64,000 nt of DNA, from contig MU053994.1 of assembly GCA_013239625.1 (NCBI GenBank), positions 4,383,434 to 4,447,433 on the forward strand, given 5' to 3'. Positions 38,574 through 51,125 of the stretch are shown here, piece after piece. Within the stretch, counting starts at the first letter, position 1; each line of letters opens with the position of its first letter. Both the position numbers and the translations under genes were made by a program. The notes under the pieces are model-generated. The model had not been told where the DNA came from. It ran no database searches and saw only the letters and a program-made list of their open reading frames with translations. This DNA is from Lama guanicoe (taxonomy: Eukaryota).

Positions 38574-39528
38574 TATAATATAGATAAAATGAATTCTAAT
38601 TTCTAAGCTGTCCAGAATTCTGATGGGCTAATTAAATACTCAGCCTATAATTCAGTTTTTGGTCAGCGGTATTAGCATAGCAATATTAGACTAACTTACA
38701 GAGACGTTGCAGAGAGTAATCTATAAAACATTTGCATAGAGCAAGCATAAATAAGAAATGTTTTAAAATTGGGTTCCTGATATTTTCTAAAAGATTTTTC
38801 ATAAAACCTCAAGACCAAGGAATTCTTATACAATTATTATTAATATTGCATTTCTCTTTATTCCTCCACAAGAATGACAAGAATGTTCTATTTATGGAGA
38901 AGACCCTGTTGCCATATTGATTAAATGCCAGGTAACCTATTATATTCACTTGAGTGTTCCAGTTCAATAAGAACACCACAATTCTTCCCTTCACCCTCAG
39001 GAAATTTGGCCAAGTGATTGTAGTGAAAGTCCTTATACAGTGAGAGCAAAAATATTTTGGTTCTACCCTATCAAAATGAAAGAAAGAAGAGTATCTACAA
39101 GGGGACATTTTACTTAGCTGGTTATGAGGGATTCTTAGGCCTAGAGCTAGAAATGATAGTTCCTGGATTTTAAAACAGCTGTTTTTTTCATAGTTTCTTT
39201 TATTTTGCATTTGAAGTTTGAAATTTTCACTGGCTAGGCCAAGTAGAAATTTGAGGCAATTGTCAAAATGGTTCTGTGAGAAATGCATGCAACCAAAACA
39301 TACCACAGAAACGCAGCCGAACCCAAACTTTTCACTAAAAACAGTGAACTATGGATTTGCTTTTGCCTGAGTTATTTAGATAATTTCTTCATTTTTTTCT
39401 CTTTGATTTTCCAGTAAAGACATGACAAGAGAATATTCATTTCCACAATGACTCCTGTGTCACATAGAAATATAATTAGTGTGAAAACAGTTATCTCCAA
39501 TAAGGAAATAAAATAATTCATTTAGCAA

Positions 39529-39656
39529 GGGGGAGGGTATACTGGTAGAGCGTGTGCTTAGCATGCATGAGGTCCTGGGTTCAATCCCCAGTACCTCCAT
39601 TAAATAAATAAATAAATAAACAAACCTAAATACCCCCCTTAAAAAAACCAAAACAG
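39529..39656 (+). mobile_element. Camelid tRNA-Ala-derived SINE (vic-1 type)
   Basis: tRNA-Ala-like head and (AAAT)n tail; 12-bp TSD taattcatttag at 39514-39525 and 39657-39668. Confidence 0.92.
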
Positions 39657-39779
39657 TAATTCATTTAGGAAGAAGTCTTTTTTTTTTTTTCAAAAGAACA
39701 CTGGTCAACTATACTTTACACCATCTTGAAATTATATTCCTGGTTAATTCAGAGTTGAAATTCTAAAATTAGTTAAAGG

Positions 39780-41600
39780 TAAACTGGCTTATATAGCTTT
39801 AACATTGTTGATTAGAGAACTAGAAAGCTTAGAAATATATGAGTTCTCTTTGACTGAGCTGGCAAAAGGAGAGAAAAAAACCATTTTTATTACAAAATGG
39901 GGCCACTATGAAAGATATAAATACAAATGTAAACACTAAAAGTATAAATTTCTTAAATACAAAAAAGTAATACAAAGCAGAAAAAAATCAACAAAGAACA
40001 AAACAAATATAACAAAATAAAATAAAAAAATTATAGCAAAAATTAATAAAATTGAAAGATGTCAGCCATGTCAATAAATGTGAACAGACTAAATTTACCT
40101 GTTAAAAATAGATTTTCAAATACATAAAACAAACCTACCTATAAAGGGAGGAACAAAAATTTACTATACAAATGGAAAAAATAAGAAAACAGAAAGTTTT
40201 AATCCTTTTATCAAATTGGATTTCAGGCCCAAAAGCAATGAATGAAACAGAAAGATTCTTTATAAAGGTAAAAACCACAATGCAAATTTAAAATGAAATA
40301 ATTATGAATATCTATGTACCAAATAATATAATAATCACCTATATAGAGTACACACTATAGGAAATTCAAGGAGAAATACAAAGAAATGCACAATTAATAG
40401 GAGACTAAATACCACTCTCAGTACAAAACAGGTAAAGTGGATCATAAATAATACGTATCTAAAAGATCAAAAAAAGCAGTAAGATATACTAAGCATCATA
40501 TCTTGATAATGGAAAATATAATTTCTTTTCAAGCACAATAGATCTTTTTTAAGAACTGATGATATATTAGGACCCTCTCCCAAATGATCAGTTGGTTTCA
40601 TAAAGTACAAGTTATACCATATGATCATAGTACAATAAAACTAGAAATTAAAACCAAAATCACAAACAAAACAAAACAAAATGAGTCTTTCATCCGGAAA
40701 TGTAAAAGCTTCTTATTAAAGCCTGGTGAAAAAGTAAACGCACAAAAATATTACAAAAAGTTGGGAAAATAATGGTAATGAAAACTACATATCAGAATCT
40801 ATTGGACACATTTAAAGCAATGATCAGAGGAAAATGGATAATACTGAACATCTACATCAATAAACATAAAAGAATGAAAAAAATTAAATTCTCAACTCAA
40901 AAAGGTAAGAAAAGAAGAGCAAAGTAAACCAAAACAAAGCAAAGTAAGGAAATAAAGATTAAATTAGAAACGAGTGAGGTAGAGAACAGGAAAGTAATAG
41001 GTCAAATTAATAAATCAAAATCCCACATCTCTGAGAAAACAAAAGCATTAGATAAATCACTAGCTAATCAAAAGGGAAAAAGCAAACAAAAAGAAATAAC
41101 AAGAGGGAAATTACTGATACGGAGGAAACATTGTAAAAATCTACTTTGTATGCATCTTTGCAAATAAATTTGAAAATGTAGATTAAATAATTTCCTTAGA
41201 AAAATACAGTTTACAAAAACTGACCCAGTAGAGAGAGAGAGCTTAAACAGACCAATTTCTATAATTGAAATAGAAAAAGTTATCAAAAAATTACTCCTCA
41301 TAAAAGCACCTAGTTCAGATGATTTCACAGAGCAATTTTACCAAATGTTTATAGAGACCAGATAGTCCTAATGAGACATGCATTTAAAATGAAGGAAATT
41401 TTCAAATTATTTTTATGAAGCAAGTATAACACTAGTCCCATAAAAACTTATTGGACCAATATCACTTATGAATATTGATGCAAAAATTCTAAATAAAACA
41501 TTAGCAAACAGAGTCCAAAACAGAACTATATTAAAAAAATTATATGCTAGGGCCAACTGGTGTTTATGCCAGGAATGCATTGTACTTTTATATAATTCAC
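39780..41600 (+). mobile_element. Old LINE-1 remnant (ORF2 endonuclease-to-RT region, L1ME-type)
   Basis: YDHSTIKLEI motif; gaccaatatcacttatgaatattgatgcaaaaattctaaataaaacattagcaaac encodes PISLMNIDAKILNKTLAN. Confidence 0.85.
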
Positions 41601-42951
41601 TCTGCATTCTGCAATGTGTTTAACTGAGTGCTATATCAAGTAAGAGAATTAGAAAGCTCAGCTTGCTCTCAGGTGATTTGCCTGTAGTTATTTTTTTCTT
41701 AAATTTTAGTTACTGGTGCCTACTCAAATGTCCGAAATTTCTTCCAAATCTCAGTATGACCCACAATTAAAATTAAATTTTTTCCCCAGCTGTTGCCTGA
41801 GATGCAAGTCTCTAAAATTTGGCAACAGTGCTATTTCTCAAAAGGCATCATTTCTAATAACTATCAGAAAATTGAGTTCATTAATTTCAAAGCAATTTTC
41901 TAAAGACATCTGTGCCAAAGAAAGATTGAGAATAATTGAGTTGCTATGTGATTATGAGTTTTATCTCATATCATAAATATTGGACCAAAATGGAAAGTCT
42001 TAGAAAGAAAAAAAAACCTTTATTCATGAAGTCCTTGGACTGTTTATTTAAGGAAATCATCTAAGTCTTAAGATCTAAAAGAATCAATAAATTAAACTGA
42101 CAATATTCTAAATAAACAGCAACCTAATTAGCTTACCAACTGATGGTAACTTTGAGGGTTCACTGTCCTTCCTTTAGGGAGGTCTAATAAAAATTTGTCT
42201 ATTGGTTTTAAAGCACTATACCTGAGATGGCAAATCAGAGCAAATATGCTCAATTTGCACAATTTGGGGCCCCTCCTGTTGCTGTTTGTTGAGCGGTAAA
42301 TTAGGAAAGGGGGTTTGTGGCAGAGAAGGGGATTTTTTCCTGGTGGCATTTAATAAGATGTAAAATTGGTACGCACAATTAGTTACCATACCTACCACCC
42401 AACTTACTACAGATCAAAGCCTGCTTCATAGGACTACCTTTTTCCATGTCTGCACGAGCCCATTAGGATGTTTGCTGGTGACCTAATTTATTTTTCAGAT
42501 TGTTCTTGAAGTTAATATAAATTTGCTTTTATCTGTATAGTACCACTGGGGGCAGAGAGAAATGGAATGACCTCTGTGTTTAACCTAAAGACCACCACCC
42601 ATGAAGAATAGCTCTGGAACCTCCACTCACATAAAGTTAGCTCTAAATGTTAACCTTTGCTGCAAGGTTCTATGACAGACTTGGAAATAGGTATAACGTG
42701 TGAAGTAATCTGCTTTACTCTTACTTGTAGTCCATCCAAGTTGAGTATAAAACTAAGGCAAACTGATAAAAAGTGAAGCCACACAATATTCATTTGTCTC
42801 TGTGAATAAATTGTTGGTTTATAACACTTTAAAGCAAAAACAAAAAATCATTTTGAGTAACCACTGACTAATAGATATGATGCCAGACAAGATGGTGGGC
42901 AGGCTTCATTCCTTGTGTTGAAAAATGTTCACTTATGTTAAAAGCTTCCCA

Positions 42952-43447
42952 TGGTAGACACTGACACTCCTCCCAGATTCTCTTGATTTTTTTTATCATT
43001 CTGGACAGCCCTTCCTCAGCCTCAAGATCCTTTTGCTTTCAATATTGGACACCTGAGACATACATCTTGGAGGTCTGCCCTTGGGTTACTGAAATCACTT
43101 TGTTGCATATTGTTCTTTTGCCTGGGAGCTTACTTCCCTACCTACCCATCCCTGACCAGGAGGATCTTTAGCTAATAACTAGCTTTTGGAAAAGCATGAA
43201 AGGCCAGTCCCCTGTTCCTATCTGGACTTCTGAGAAATAGCATACTTCTTAGATTCCCCCACTGTGATCAGCTGCTCTTGATGGGACTTTGCCTGAAATC
43301 TGAAATTGTATCCTTACTTGTCCCCTTCACATTCCCTGCTCTGCTTCCTCCAGTTCTTAACCAGTTTCTTCTGGCAGCATGTCCTTAATTGCTTGCACAT
43401 GAATCCTCCTTTCATAATCTGCTTCTGAGGACCTCAACCTAAAATAC
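42952..43447 (+). mobile_element. ERVL solo LTR (LTR16/LTR33-like)
   Basis: cttgcacatgaatcctcc...tctgcttctgaggacctcaacctaaaata is the LTR16/33-type 3' terminus. Confidence 0.65.
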
Positions 43448-43977
43448 CATCCCCCCACCAAATTGAAGACCTTAAAAATATGCAAAATACCACTAATTTC
43501 CTAGAAACAGACAGGCAAAAATTCTTTAAAAACTCGTTCAAAAAGCAAGCAATGCCAGTTTCTTTGAATAGCTAATTGTTGGGAGATGGAATGAGTCATT
43601 GGGTCGTGATGTCCATTGAGAAAGGATTTATCTCAATATGACATCATTCTTTCTGCACATATAAATATATGTGGGTGTGGAACAATGGAACAATAAATCA
43701 GGTTTTGTAAAGGGCAGAAGCAAGAGCGAGAAGAACGTGAATGTGTACAGAAAGAGCTTTTAAATAGCTCTTTTTAAAAATCCAACAAGAGAAACATATG
43801 AGAAAGAAGCTGAGAATAATGAAATCATTTTCATTCCCTCCAGACTTCCCATTATTCTTTTCCTCATTCCACTTTAGGAGAGGGATCTTTTTTATAGTGT
43901 TTATATGGTATAAATTTGGAGAAGAAAAAAGAGAAGTAAATTGGCACTTTATAAAAACTTAAAAATACTGAGGAGAA

Positions 43978-44318
43978 TACCATATGAGAAATACCATGTG
44001 AGATCGCTCATATGTGGAATCTGAAAAACAAAAACAAAAACAAACAAACAAACAAAAAAAAACAAAGCATAACTAAAAGACAGAAACAGACCGATATACA
44101 AAACATACAGATTTGTACAAAATTGTAGAATAGATAAACAAGATTACACTGTATAGCACAGGGAAATATACACAAAATGTTATGATAACTCACAGAGAAA
44201 AAAATGTGACAATGAGTGTGTATATGTCCATGAATGACTGAAAAATTGTGCTATACACTGGAATTTGACGCAACATTGTAAAATGATTATAAATCAATAA
44301 AAACTGTTAAAAAATAAA
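43978..44318 (+). mobile_element. Young, severely 5'-truncated LINE-1 3' end
   Basis: Last ~195 bp differ from 47318-47512 at only 6 positions; 17-bp TSD aaaaatactga(g/a)gagaa at 43961-43977 and 44319-44335. Confidence 0.93.
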
Positions 44319-44609
44319 AAAAATACTGAAGAGAAGCCAAAAGAAGTAGATCTGATGATATATTTTCATTAATATACTAAGTGGGACTTCAGCTCTAACC
44401 ACTGGAGATACAGGAAAAAAAGCAGTAAAACCTAAGAATACAAAAGAGAACTAGCCACTTAAACATGGAAGCCAAACATGGACAATCTCTATTCAGGAAA
44501 CACAGAACGTCAGTGGGATGGATGGGGCATACTGCCCTGTTTGACTGAAAGCTTTATTAGGGTAAGAAATAAGCCTGCTTTGCTCACCCCTGGAACAATG
44601 TAAATTACT

Positions 44610-44890
44610 TATATATATTTGTTAAATGGATTATTGTATTAATCAATTACATTATATTTTATAATTTATTATAACTTATTGATTGTTTTTATAATTTATA
44701 TTACTTTATATGTATATTATATATTATTATTTGTATACATAATTTATATCATATTTATGTATATAATTATTTTATTTATAATAATTTATTAATGAATCAT
44801 TTATTAATCGATTACATTATTATTTACTCATTTATTATAATAATGTATTTATTATTTAATTAACTGATTTTTATTATTTTAATTAATTGA
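44610..44890. repeat. Extremely AT-rich low-complexity tract
   Basis: Almost entirely A/T over about 280 bp. Confidence 0.9.
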
Positions 44891-45721
44891 GGTTTTATCA
44901 GTTGATCACATCAAAACAGAATTCTGGGTTATTGATTTACAAAGAATATGTATTCTAAAAATTGCCACATAGCAGGTAACCCCAAAATACACATAGTATA
45001 AATAAACTCCAAATATCAGAACTGGGACACACAGCCTAATAAGTATGATTTCATGCATAGGAATAATGGAAACAAATATTTTAAAATCATGACTGTCCTG
45101 GAAAATTTGAGATGTGTGGATCTGATTGGCCCAACCTGGCAAAAATTAAAAAATCATTTCCCAAAAACCTACAGAGAAGAGATAGCCTGTATTTAATCCT
45201 TAGGCCTGAAAAAGGCCAAATACTGACTTTCCAGCTTCTCACTTAGCACAAAGAGTTGATAGCAGCAGGAGTGAGTATTACAACCTAAGTTGAATAAATA
45301 CTGGCACATTTTAAGGGATTTTTAAAAGATGATAACATTTGATATAATTTCATTAGATAGCTTTCAGACTAAGTGGAATGGGGCTTATTATAATAAGGCA
45401 AAGGAATAAAACAAAGCATGATAGCTTTTTTATATATGATTCTTGTCTCTACACAATATTTAATATGAAGAAGAGGCATATTAGATATTAAATAACATTA
45501 AGAGACAGCACTAAGATTAAAGGTACATTCTTAAAAATTTTAAAGGAATCCTATGCCTTAAATCGATCTGTGATATTTAAAGTGTATTTCTTTCATCTCC
45601 TTCTGAATCCCCATAATGTGCTACCTACGCCCTAATTTCCCCTGGCAGGTTTCAGATCTAAGCTTTGGTTCACAGCTTTGATGCTTTTCACTAGCAACAT
45701 ACACTCTTAATAATAATATAC

Positions 45722-47191
45722 ATGTCATTATACACAGAAAACTATAAACCATTGATGAAGGAAATTAAAGAAGACTTTAAAAAATGGAAAGATATTCCAT
45801 GCTCTTGGATTGGAAGAATCAATATTGTTAAAATGGTCACACTGCCCAAGGCAATCTACAGATTTAATGCAATCCCTATCCAATTACCCAGGACATATTT
45901 CACAGAACTAGAACAAATCATAATAAAATTTATATGGAACCATCAAAGACCTAGAATTGCTAAAGCATTACTGAAGAGAAAGAAAGAGGCTGGAGGAATA
46001 ACTCTCCCAGACTTCAGACAATACTACAGAGCTACAGTCATCAAGACAGCATGGTATTGGTACCAAAACAGACATATGGACCAATGGAACAGAATAGAGA
46101 GCCCAGAAATGAACCCACAAACCTTTGGTCAACTAATCTTCGACAAAGGAGGCAAGAATATACAATGGAATAAAGACAGTCTCTTCAGCAAATGGTGTTG
46201 GGAAAACTGGACAGCAGCATGTAAAACAATGAAGCTAGAACACACCCTTACACCATATACAAAAATCAACTCAAAATGGATTAAAGACTTAAACATAAGA
46301 CAAGATACAATAAACCTCCTAGAGGAAAACATAGGCAAAACATTATCTGACATACATTTCAAAAATTTTCTCCTAGAAGAAATAAAAGCAAGAATAAACA
46401 AATGGGACCTAATGAAACTTACAAGCTTCTGCAGAGCAAAGGAAACCAGAAATAAAACAAGAAGAAAACCTACGGAATGGGAGAAAATTTTTGCAAGTGA
46501 AACCGACAAAGGCTTGATCTCCAAAATATATAAGCAGCTCATACGACTCAATAAGAAAAAAATAAACAACCCAATCCAAAAATGGGCAGAAGACCTAAAC
46601 AAGCAATTCTCCAAGGAAGACATACAAATGATCAAAAAGCACATGAAAAAATGTTCAATATCACTAATTATCAGAGAAATGCAAATCAAAACTACAATGA
46701 GGTATCACCTCACACCAGTCAGAATGGCCGTCATTCAAAAATCCAAAAATGACAAATGCTGGAGAGGCTGTGGAGAAAGGGGAACCCTCCTACACTGCTG
46801 GTGGGAATGCAGTTTGGTGCAGCCACTATGGAAAACAGTGTGGAGATTCCTCAAAAGACTAGGAATAGACTTACCATATGACCCAGGAATCCCACTCCTG
46901 GGCTTGTATCCAGAAGGAAATCTACTTCAGGATGACACCTGCACCCCAATGTTCATAGCAGCACTATTTACAATAGCCAAAACATGGAAACAGCCTAAAT
47001 GTCCATCAACAGGTGACTGGATAAAGAAGAGGTGGTATATTTATACAATGGAATACTACTCAGCCATAAAAACCGACAACATAATGCCATTTGCAGCAAC
47101 ATGGATGCTCCTAGAGAATGTCATTCTAAGTGAAGTAAGCCAGAAAGAGAAAGAAAAATACCATATGAGATCGCTCATATGTGGAATCTAA
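45722..47191 (+). CDS. LINE-1 ORF2p C-terminal fragment, 489 aa (post-catalytic RT region, wrist and CCHC domain); lacks the endonuclease and RT active site, probably not expressed
   Basis: [44 protein letters not shown] (CCHC) and FAATWM motifs, with no stop or frameshift. Confidence 0.9.
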   Translation: MSLYTENYKPLMKEIKEDFKKWKDIPCSWIGRINIVKMVTLPKAIYRFNAIPIQLPRTYFTELEQIIIKFIWNHQRPRIAKALLKRKKEAGGITLPDFRQYYRATVIKTAWYWYQNRHMDQWNRIESPEMNPQTFGQLIFDKGGKNIQWNKDSLFSKWCWENWTAACKTMKLEHTLTPYTKINSKWIKDLNIRQDTINLLEENIGKTLSDIHFKNFLLEEIKARINKWDLMKLTSFCRAKETRNKTRRKPTEWEKIFASETDKGLISKIYKQLIRLNKKKINNPIQKWAEDLNKQFSKEDIQMIKKHMKKCSISLIIREMQIKTTMRYHLTPVRMAVIQKSKNDKCWRGCGERGTLLHCWWECSLVQPLWKTVWRFLKRLGIDLPYDPGIPLLGLYPEGNLLQDDTCTPMFIAALFTIAKTWKQPKCPSTGDWIKKRWYIYTMEYYSAIKTDNIMPFAATWMLLENVILSEVSQKEKEKYHMRSLICGI

Positions 47192-47512
47192 AAAACAAAA
47201 ACAAACAAACAAACAAAAACAAAGCATAAATACAGGACAGAAATAGACTCATGGACAGAGAATACAGACTTGTGGTTACCAGGGGGGTAGAGGGTGGGAA
47301 GGGATAGACTGGGATTTCAAAATTGTAGAATAGATAAACAAGATTACACTGTATAGCACAGGGAAATATACACAAAATGTTATGATAAATCACAGAGAAA
47401 AAAATGTGACAATGAGTGTGTATATGTCCATGAATGACTGAAAAATTGTGCTGAACACTGGAATTTGACACAATATTGTAAAATGATTATAAATCAATAA
47501 AAAATGTTAAAA
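45729..47512 (+). mobile_element. Young 5'-truncated LINE-1, about 1.8 kb
   Basis: Uninterrupted ORF2 C-terminus, 3'UTR with G-rich tract and AATAAA; 14-bp TSD aatat(a/g)catgtcat at 45715-45728 and 47513-47526. Confidence 0.97.
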
Positions 47513-50239
47513 AATATGCATGTCATCCCAATTAGAAGAGAGTTTGACAGTCAGTTTACTAACACTAACAGAATAGTAACATTTTCTTTACTTGCATAAT
47601 GTGGTATAAGTATATTTAATGGAATTCAACCTCAATGCAATGAATATCTACTCGAGCCTAGTAAGAAATAATAAAAAACTATCTATCTATCCGCATTTTT
47701 AAAATAGGGAAACTGTACTGAAATTATACTAAGCAATTTGCTCACGCAGACTGCTTCATAGCAACCCTGGTGGGGGGGGGGTTCCTACCTCCGTGGTACA
47801 GATGAGAAAACAAAGAGGCTATGACATTTTTGTACTTTGCCAGGGTTTGTGATTTCTGCTCTTGCTTGGATATCTTGGTCTGTCAGATGGCATTTTTTCA
47901 AAAAAGGCTATAATGTAAGAGATTTATATAAAAAAAAACCCCGCTATTATTAAATTTTTCTTCTCCTTGAATGAGCAACATTGTCCTCTCTTGTTTAATG
48001 GAAACTGGTGCTAGAACTAATGTGAAATACACCACTCAGGTTCCCATACTATCTGTCGTGTCAGGTTGAGGTATTTTTTTTCCCCTCCATGGAAGCAGAA
48101 GTCATTGGCCCTCTCTAGTCTTGAGAGGTGGTGTTTGCAAAGATCAAGGAAATGAGAGACAGAAGGTTAGACACATTTCAGCATTCAGGTATTTCATCTC
48201 TCCTCTAACTGGATGAAACATCCTTACTCCTAAGAAGTACTTTATTACACATGCCAGTTGGATGAACATCAGGGCACAGACTAACAACAGCTGTTATAGG
48301 TCAATCAACAGAACATCACTGAAATCTTGAATGTACTTCCCAAATATAATTAATAGCAACATATATATGCCACTTTTGGAAGAACTTGAAAATCAATCAC
48401 AACCAATTGAATTTAAAAATTTATTTAGGAAAAAACTTATTCTAGCTTGTGAGGTCTTGTCAGACTTCTTCAGTTCAACTTAAATAACTTCCTCTAACTC
48501 TCAGATGTATTATCTTGTGTCAGTGAGGTGAGAAAGTAACGGTGTGTGTTATTGCTTTGTTACTGGTGCAAAAGGAAACATTTCTTTAAAAGATCAAGAA
48601 TCAAAATGAGAACCAGCTTCCCTCCCCCTTAAAAAAATCTGTGAGTGACCATGAAATATTCAAGTAGTATAAAAAGGTGATCCTTTAACAAGTATGTATG
48701 CTGAGTCCTGACATGGCAAGTCTGTAACTGAGTCCTTTTAGATTTCACGGTAAAGGAAAGAGGCTTAGCATAATTAGAGGAGATTTATATATGGTGTGAT
48801 CATGTCAGGAACATCAGAGACCATTCAGGAACTAGCAGATCAACAAATTTCTAACCACGTTATAGATCAGAACACTCCTACTACTGAACTCCACTATGTT
48901 TAGGGACCAATATATGCTTAAATCCAAGCATTTGGTTCACAGAATTCTAATGTCCACTTCTCACATTGCTTAAGTAATTAATAAGACTTGAGAAAAAACC
49001 GGTGAAATAACCATCAAAATCACCTTAAGCCATTGGAAAACAGTTCCGTCCTTTGATATTTAACTTGTTTTTTTTCCCCCTTGCTATTCCCCATGCACAT
49101 AATTGAGTCTGGTAATTCACTTTTGAAAATGCAGTTAATAACCCAAAGCCAGTTCAGTATGGCAATCACAGAACACCAACCGATGACTAGAAGGGCAGTT
49201 CAGTGTTGACAAAACGGGAACCAATGTCATGATTTTTTTATGTGTAATGTGACTCTTAGATCCCTTAAAAGCTACCAGTACATTAGTTTCTGTCCAAGAA
49301 CATCAAAGTCCTGCATATACCATTTACCTAATGAGCCAGTGATTTTTCATATAATTTTTATGTTCTTTCTTTCTTTTAACTTAAAGGCATTTGGGAGAAA
49401 ATTAAAGTCGATGATTTCAGTGTGTTCATTACAAGGAAAGCTAAGTTTATTTAAAAAAAAAATAAGATTCACTATTTTTTATATGTTCTCTTTTGCCGCT
49501 TGTTTTGTATTTGCAACAAAGGGGCTGTGGGAGATATTTGTTGAATTATAATGCTAAGCTCCCAAATGCTAATCTTTCACCTTCTAAGTGAGAAATTGTC
49601 CCATTTTTAAAGTCCATTACCTCCTTCACTCCTTTTCTTCCTCCTACTCCTACCTTTTTCTCCCATGAAATAATCAAAGATCTTGTAGGATAGGCCCAGA
49701 GTCCAACCATCTCTTTAAGTGCTTTTATACACACAACCCTTGTTAATTGTCGTAAGAGATTAGATTGTTAACTGTCAAGAGATTTAGGTAGCAAAGCAAA
49801 GCTCTTATCCAATATCTCTTTTGTATCCTCTGGGCTCCTGCTTTCTTCAGATGTATGGAGCCCAACATCAGTTTTTACACACCTCATTCTGTATTCCAGC
49901 ATTGTCTGCATTTGGATGACAGCTGAGAGTGGCTAGAAGTATGACAAAGCACTGCCATATGGAAATATTTCTATTTATGCGGACACCTTCTTTGAGTTGA
50001 GCTCATCATTGTGCAGGCTGAAGGACACGAACTTAACGAGATAACCACACGACCGCTGTAGAAATTCTGTCAGCCTTAACAGGTCAATTTCGGCCTCGCT
50101 CTCCACACCTACTCAGACATCTGGCAGAAGTCCACCCCCACTAACAGAGTAAAGGGGGGGCGAGCTCCTTCACTGCTCAGAGCCTTCTTTTTCTCATCTG
50201 TAAAACAAGCCCAGTAACAGAGCTTACCTCATTCGATTT

Positions 50240-50610
50240 ATTTTTAAGAATGTGTTTTGAAATTAATTCACAATTACAGAAAAGTTGTCAGAATAGTGCA
50301 AAAAAAACTCCTGTACCTCCTTCACCCAGGTTTCTAATTGTTAGTATGATTCTTCATTTGCTTCCTTCTCTCTCTCCCCCTCCCTCTCTCTCACATTATC
50401 TTTAATCTTTTCTAAACTCTTGTACAGCCACCTGCTGATACAGTGTCCCACCACCTCAAAACACTTCAATAATTATTTCCTGGACACACAATGACATTTT
50501 CCCACATCACCAGTATAAACCCCTCCAAGTCGAGAAATCGACAATGATAACAATGCTAACTTCCGATTTATAGACTCCAAATTAGAGGCTGGGAGCAAAT
50601 CTCTAATAAC
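50240..50610 (-). mobile_element. LINE-1 3' end (L1MC-type)
   Basis: ttacagaaaagttgtcagaatagtgc...ccttcacccaggtttctaattgttag. Confidence 0.65.
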
Positions 50611-50989
50611 CTTATTTCCTACCCATCCCATAGCTCCCGACTCCACATTCCCTGGGGTCATGGAGCGAATTGGTAAACTACTTGTAGGCTGAGCCCTCCT
50701 CCAGGCAGCAGGGCTAATCCCAAGCCTAAACCAGATAGATTATGATTAGTCTGACTACAGTAATTTGAGACCTTGTCTTGAGTCCAGTTTTCAGCCTGTT
50801 CGATTTCAAGTTCTTATATTTGTGACCAAGCTCTACCACGTTCCCCTACTTTTAGAACTTACAGCTTCCTATGCTTCAGGCCCTATCTCTGGAGTTGGAG
50901 TCAGAGAGAGTTTTCAATAATTTTCTTTAGTAGTGAAACCTTTTAAATGAAATTGCATTGAACCACTATGTATATGTCCACAGGGATAT

Positions 50990-51125
50990 CTGGGCTGGAT
51001 TCTTCCATTTCCTAGCCTTCTGGGATCATTTAACCTATTTGGGTCTCAGTTCCTTTATCTGTAAAACGAAACTCCAGCTGTGACAGAACATCGAAATAGT
51101 ATGGTGAGGATATGTGAAAAATAAT
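50990..51125 (+). mobile_element. MIR fragment
   Basis: gggtctcagttcctttatctgtaaaacg is the MIR core. Confidence 0.55.

Noticed and set aside
38809..39306. 165-aa minus-strand ORF
   Set aside because: No recognisable homology, composition typical of random AT-rich DNA and no supporting exon structure.
42230..42260. Imperfect hairpin gcaaat-ca-gagca-aata-tgctc-a-atttgc
   Set aside because: Too short and interrupted for a pre-miRNA; expected by chance.
46129..46689. 186-aa hydrophobic antisense ORF, with a similar one at 13012-13377
   Set aside because: Antisense shadow of A-rich L1 ORF2; such frames recur in L1 copies and there is no independent evidence of a gene.
49975..50110. CpG-containing minus-strand open frame (VESEAEIDLLRLTEFLQRSCGYLVKFVSFSLHNDELNSKKVSA)
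   Set aside because: In-frame stop just upstream, no convincing acceptor in frame and no recognisable protein.
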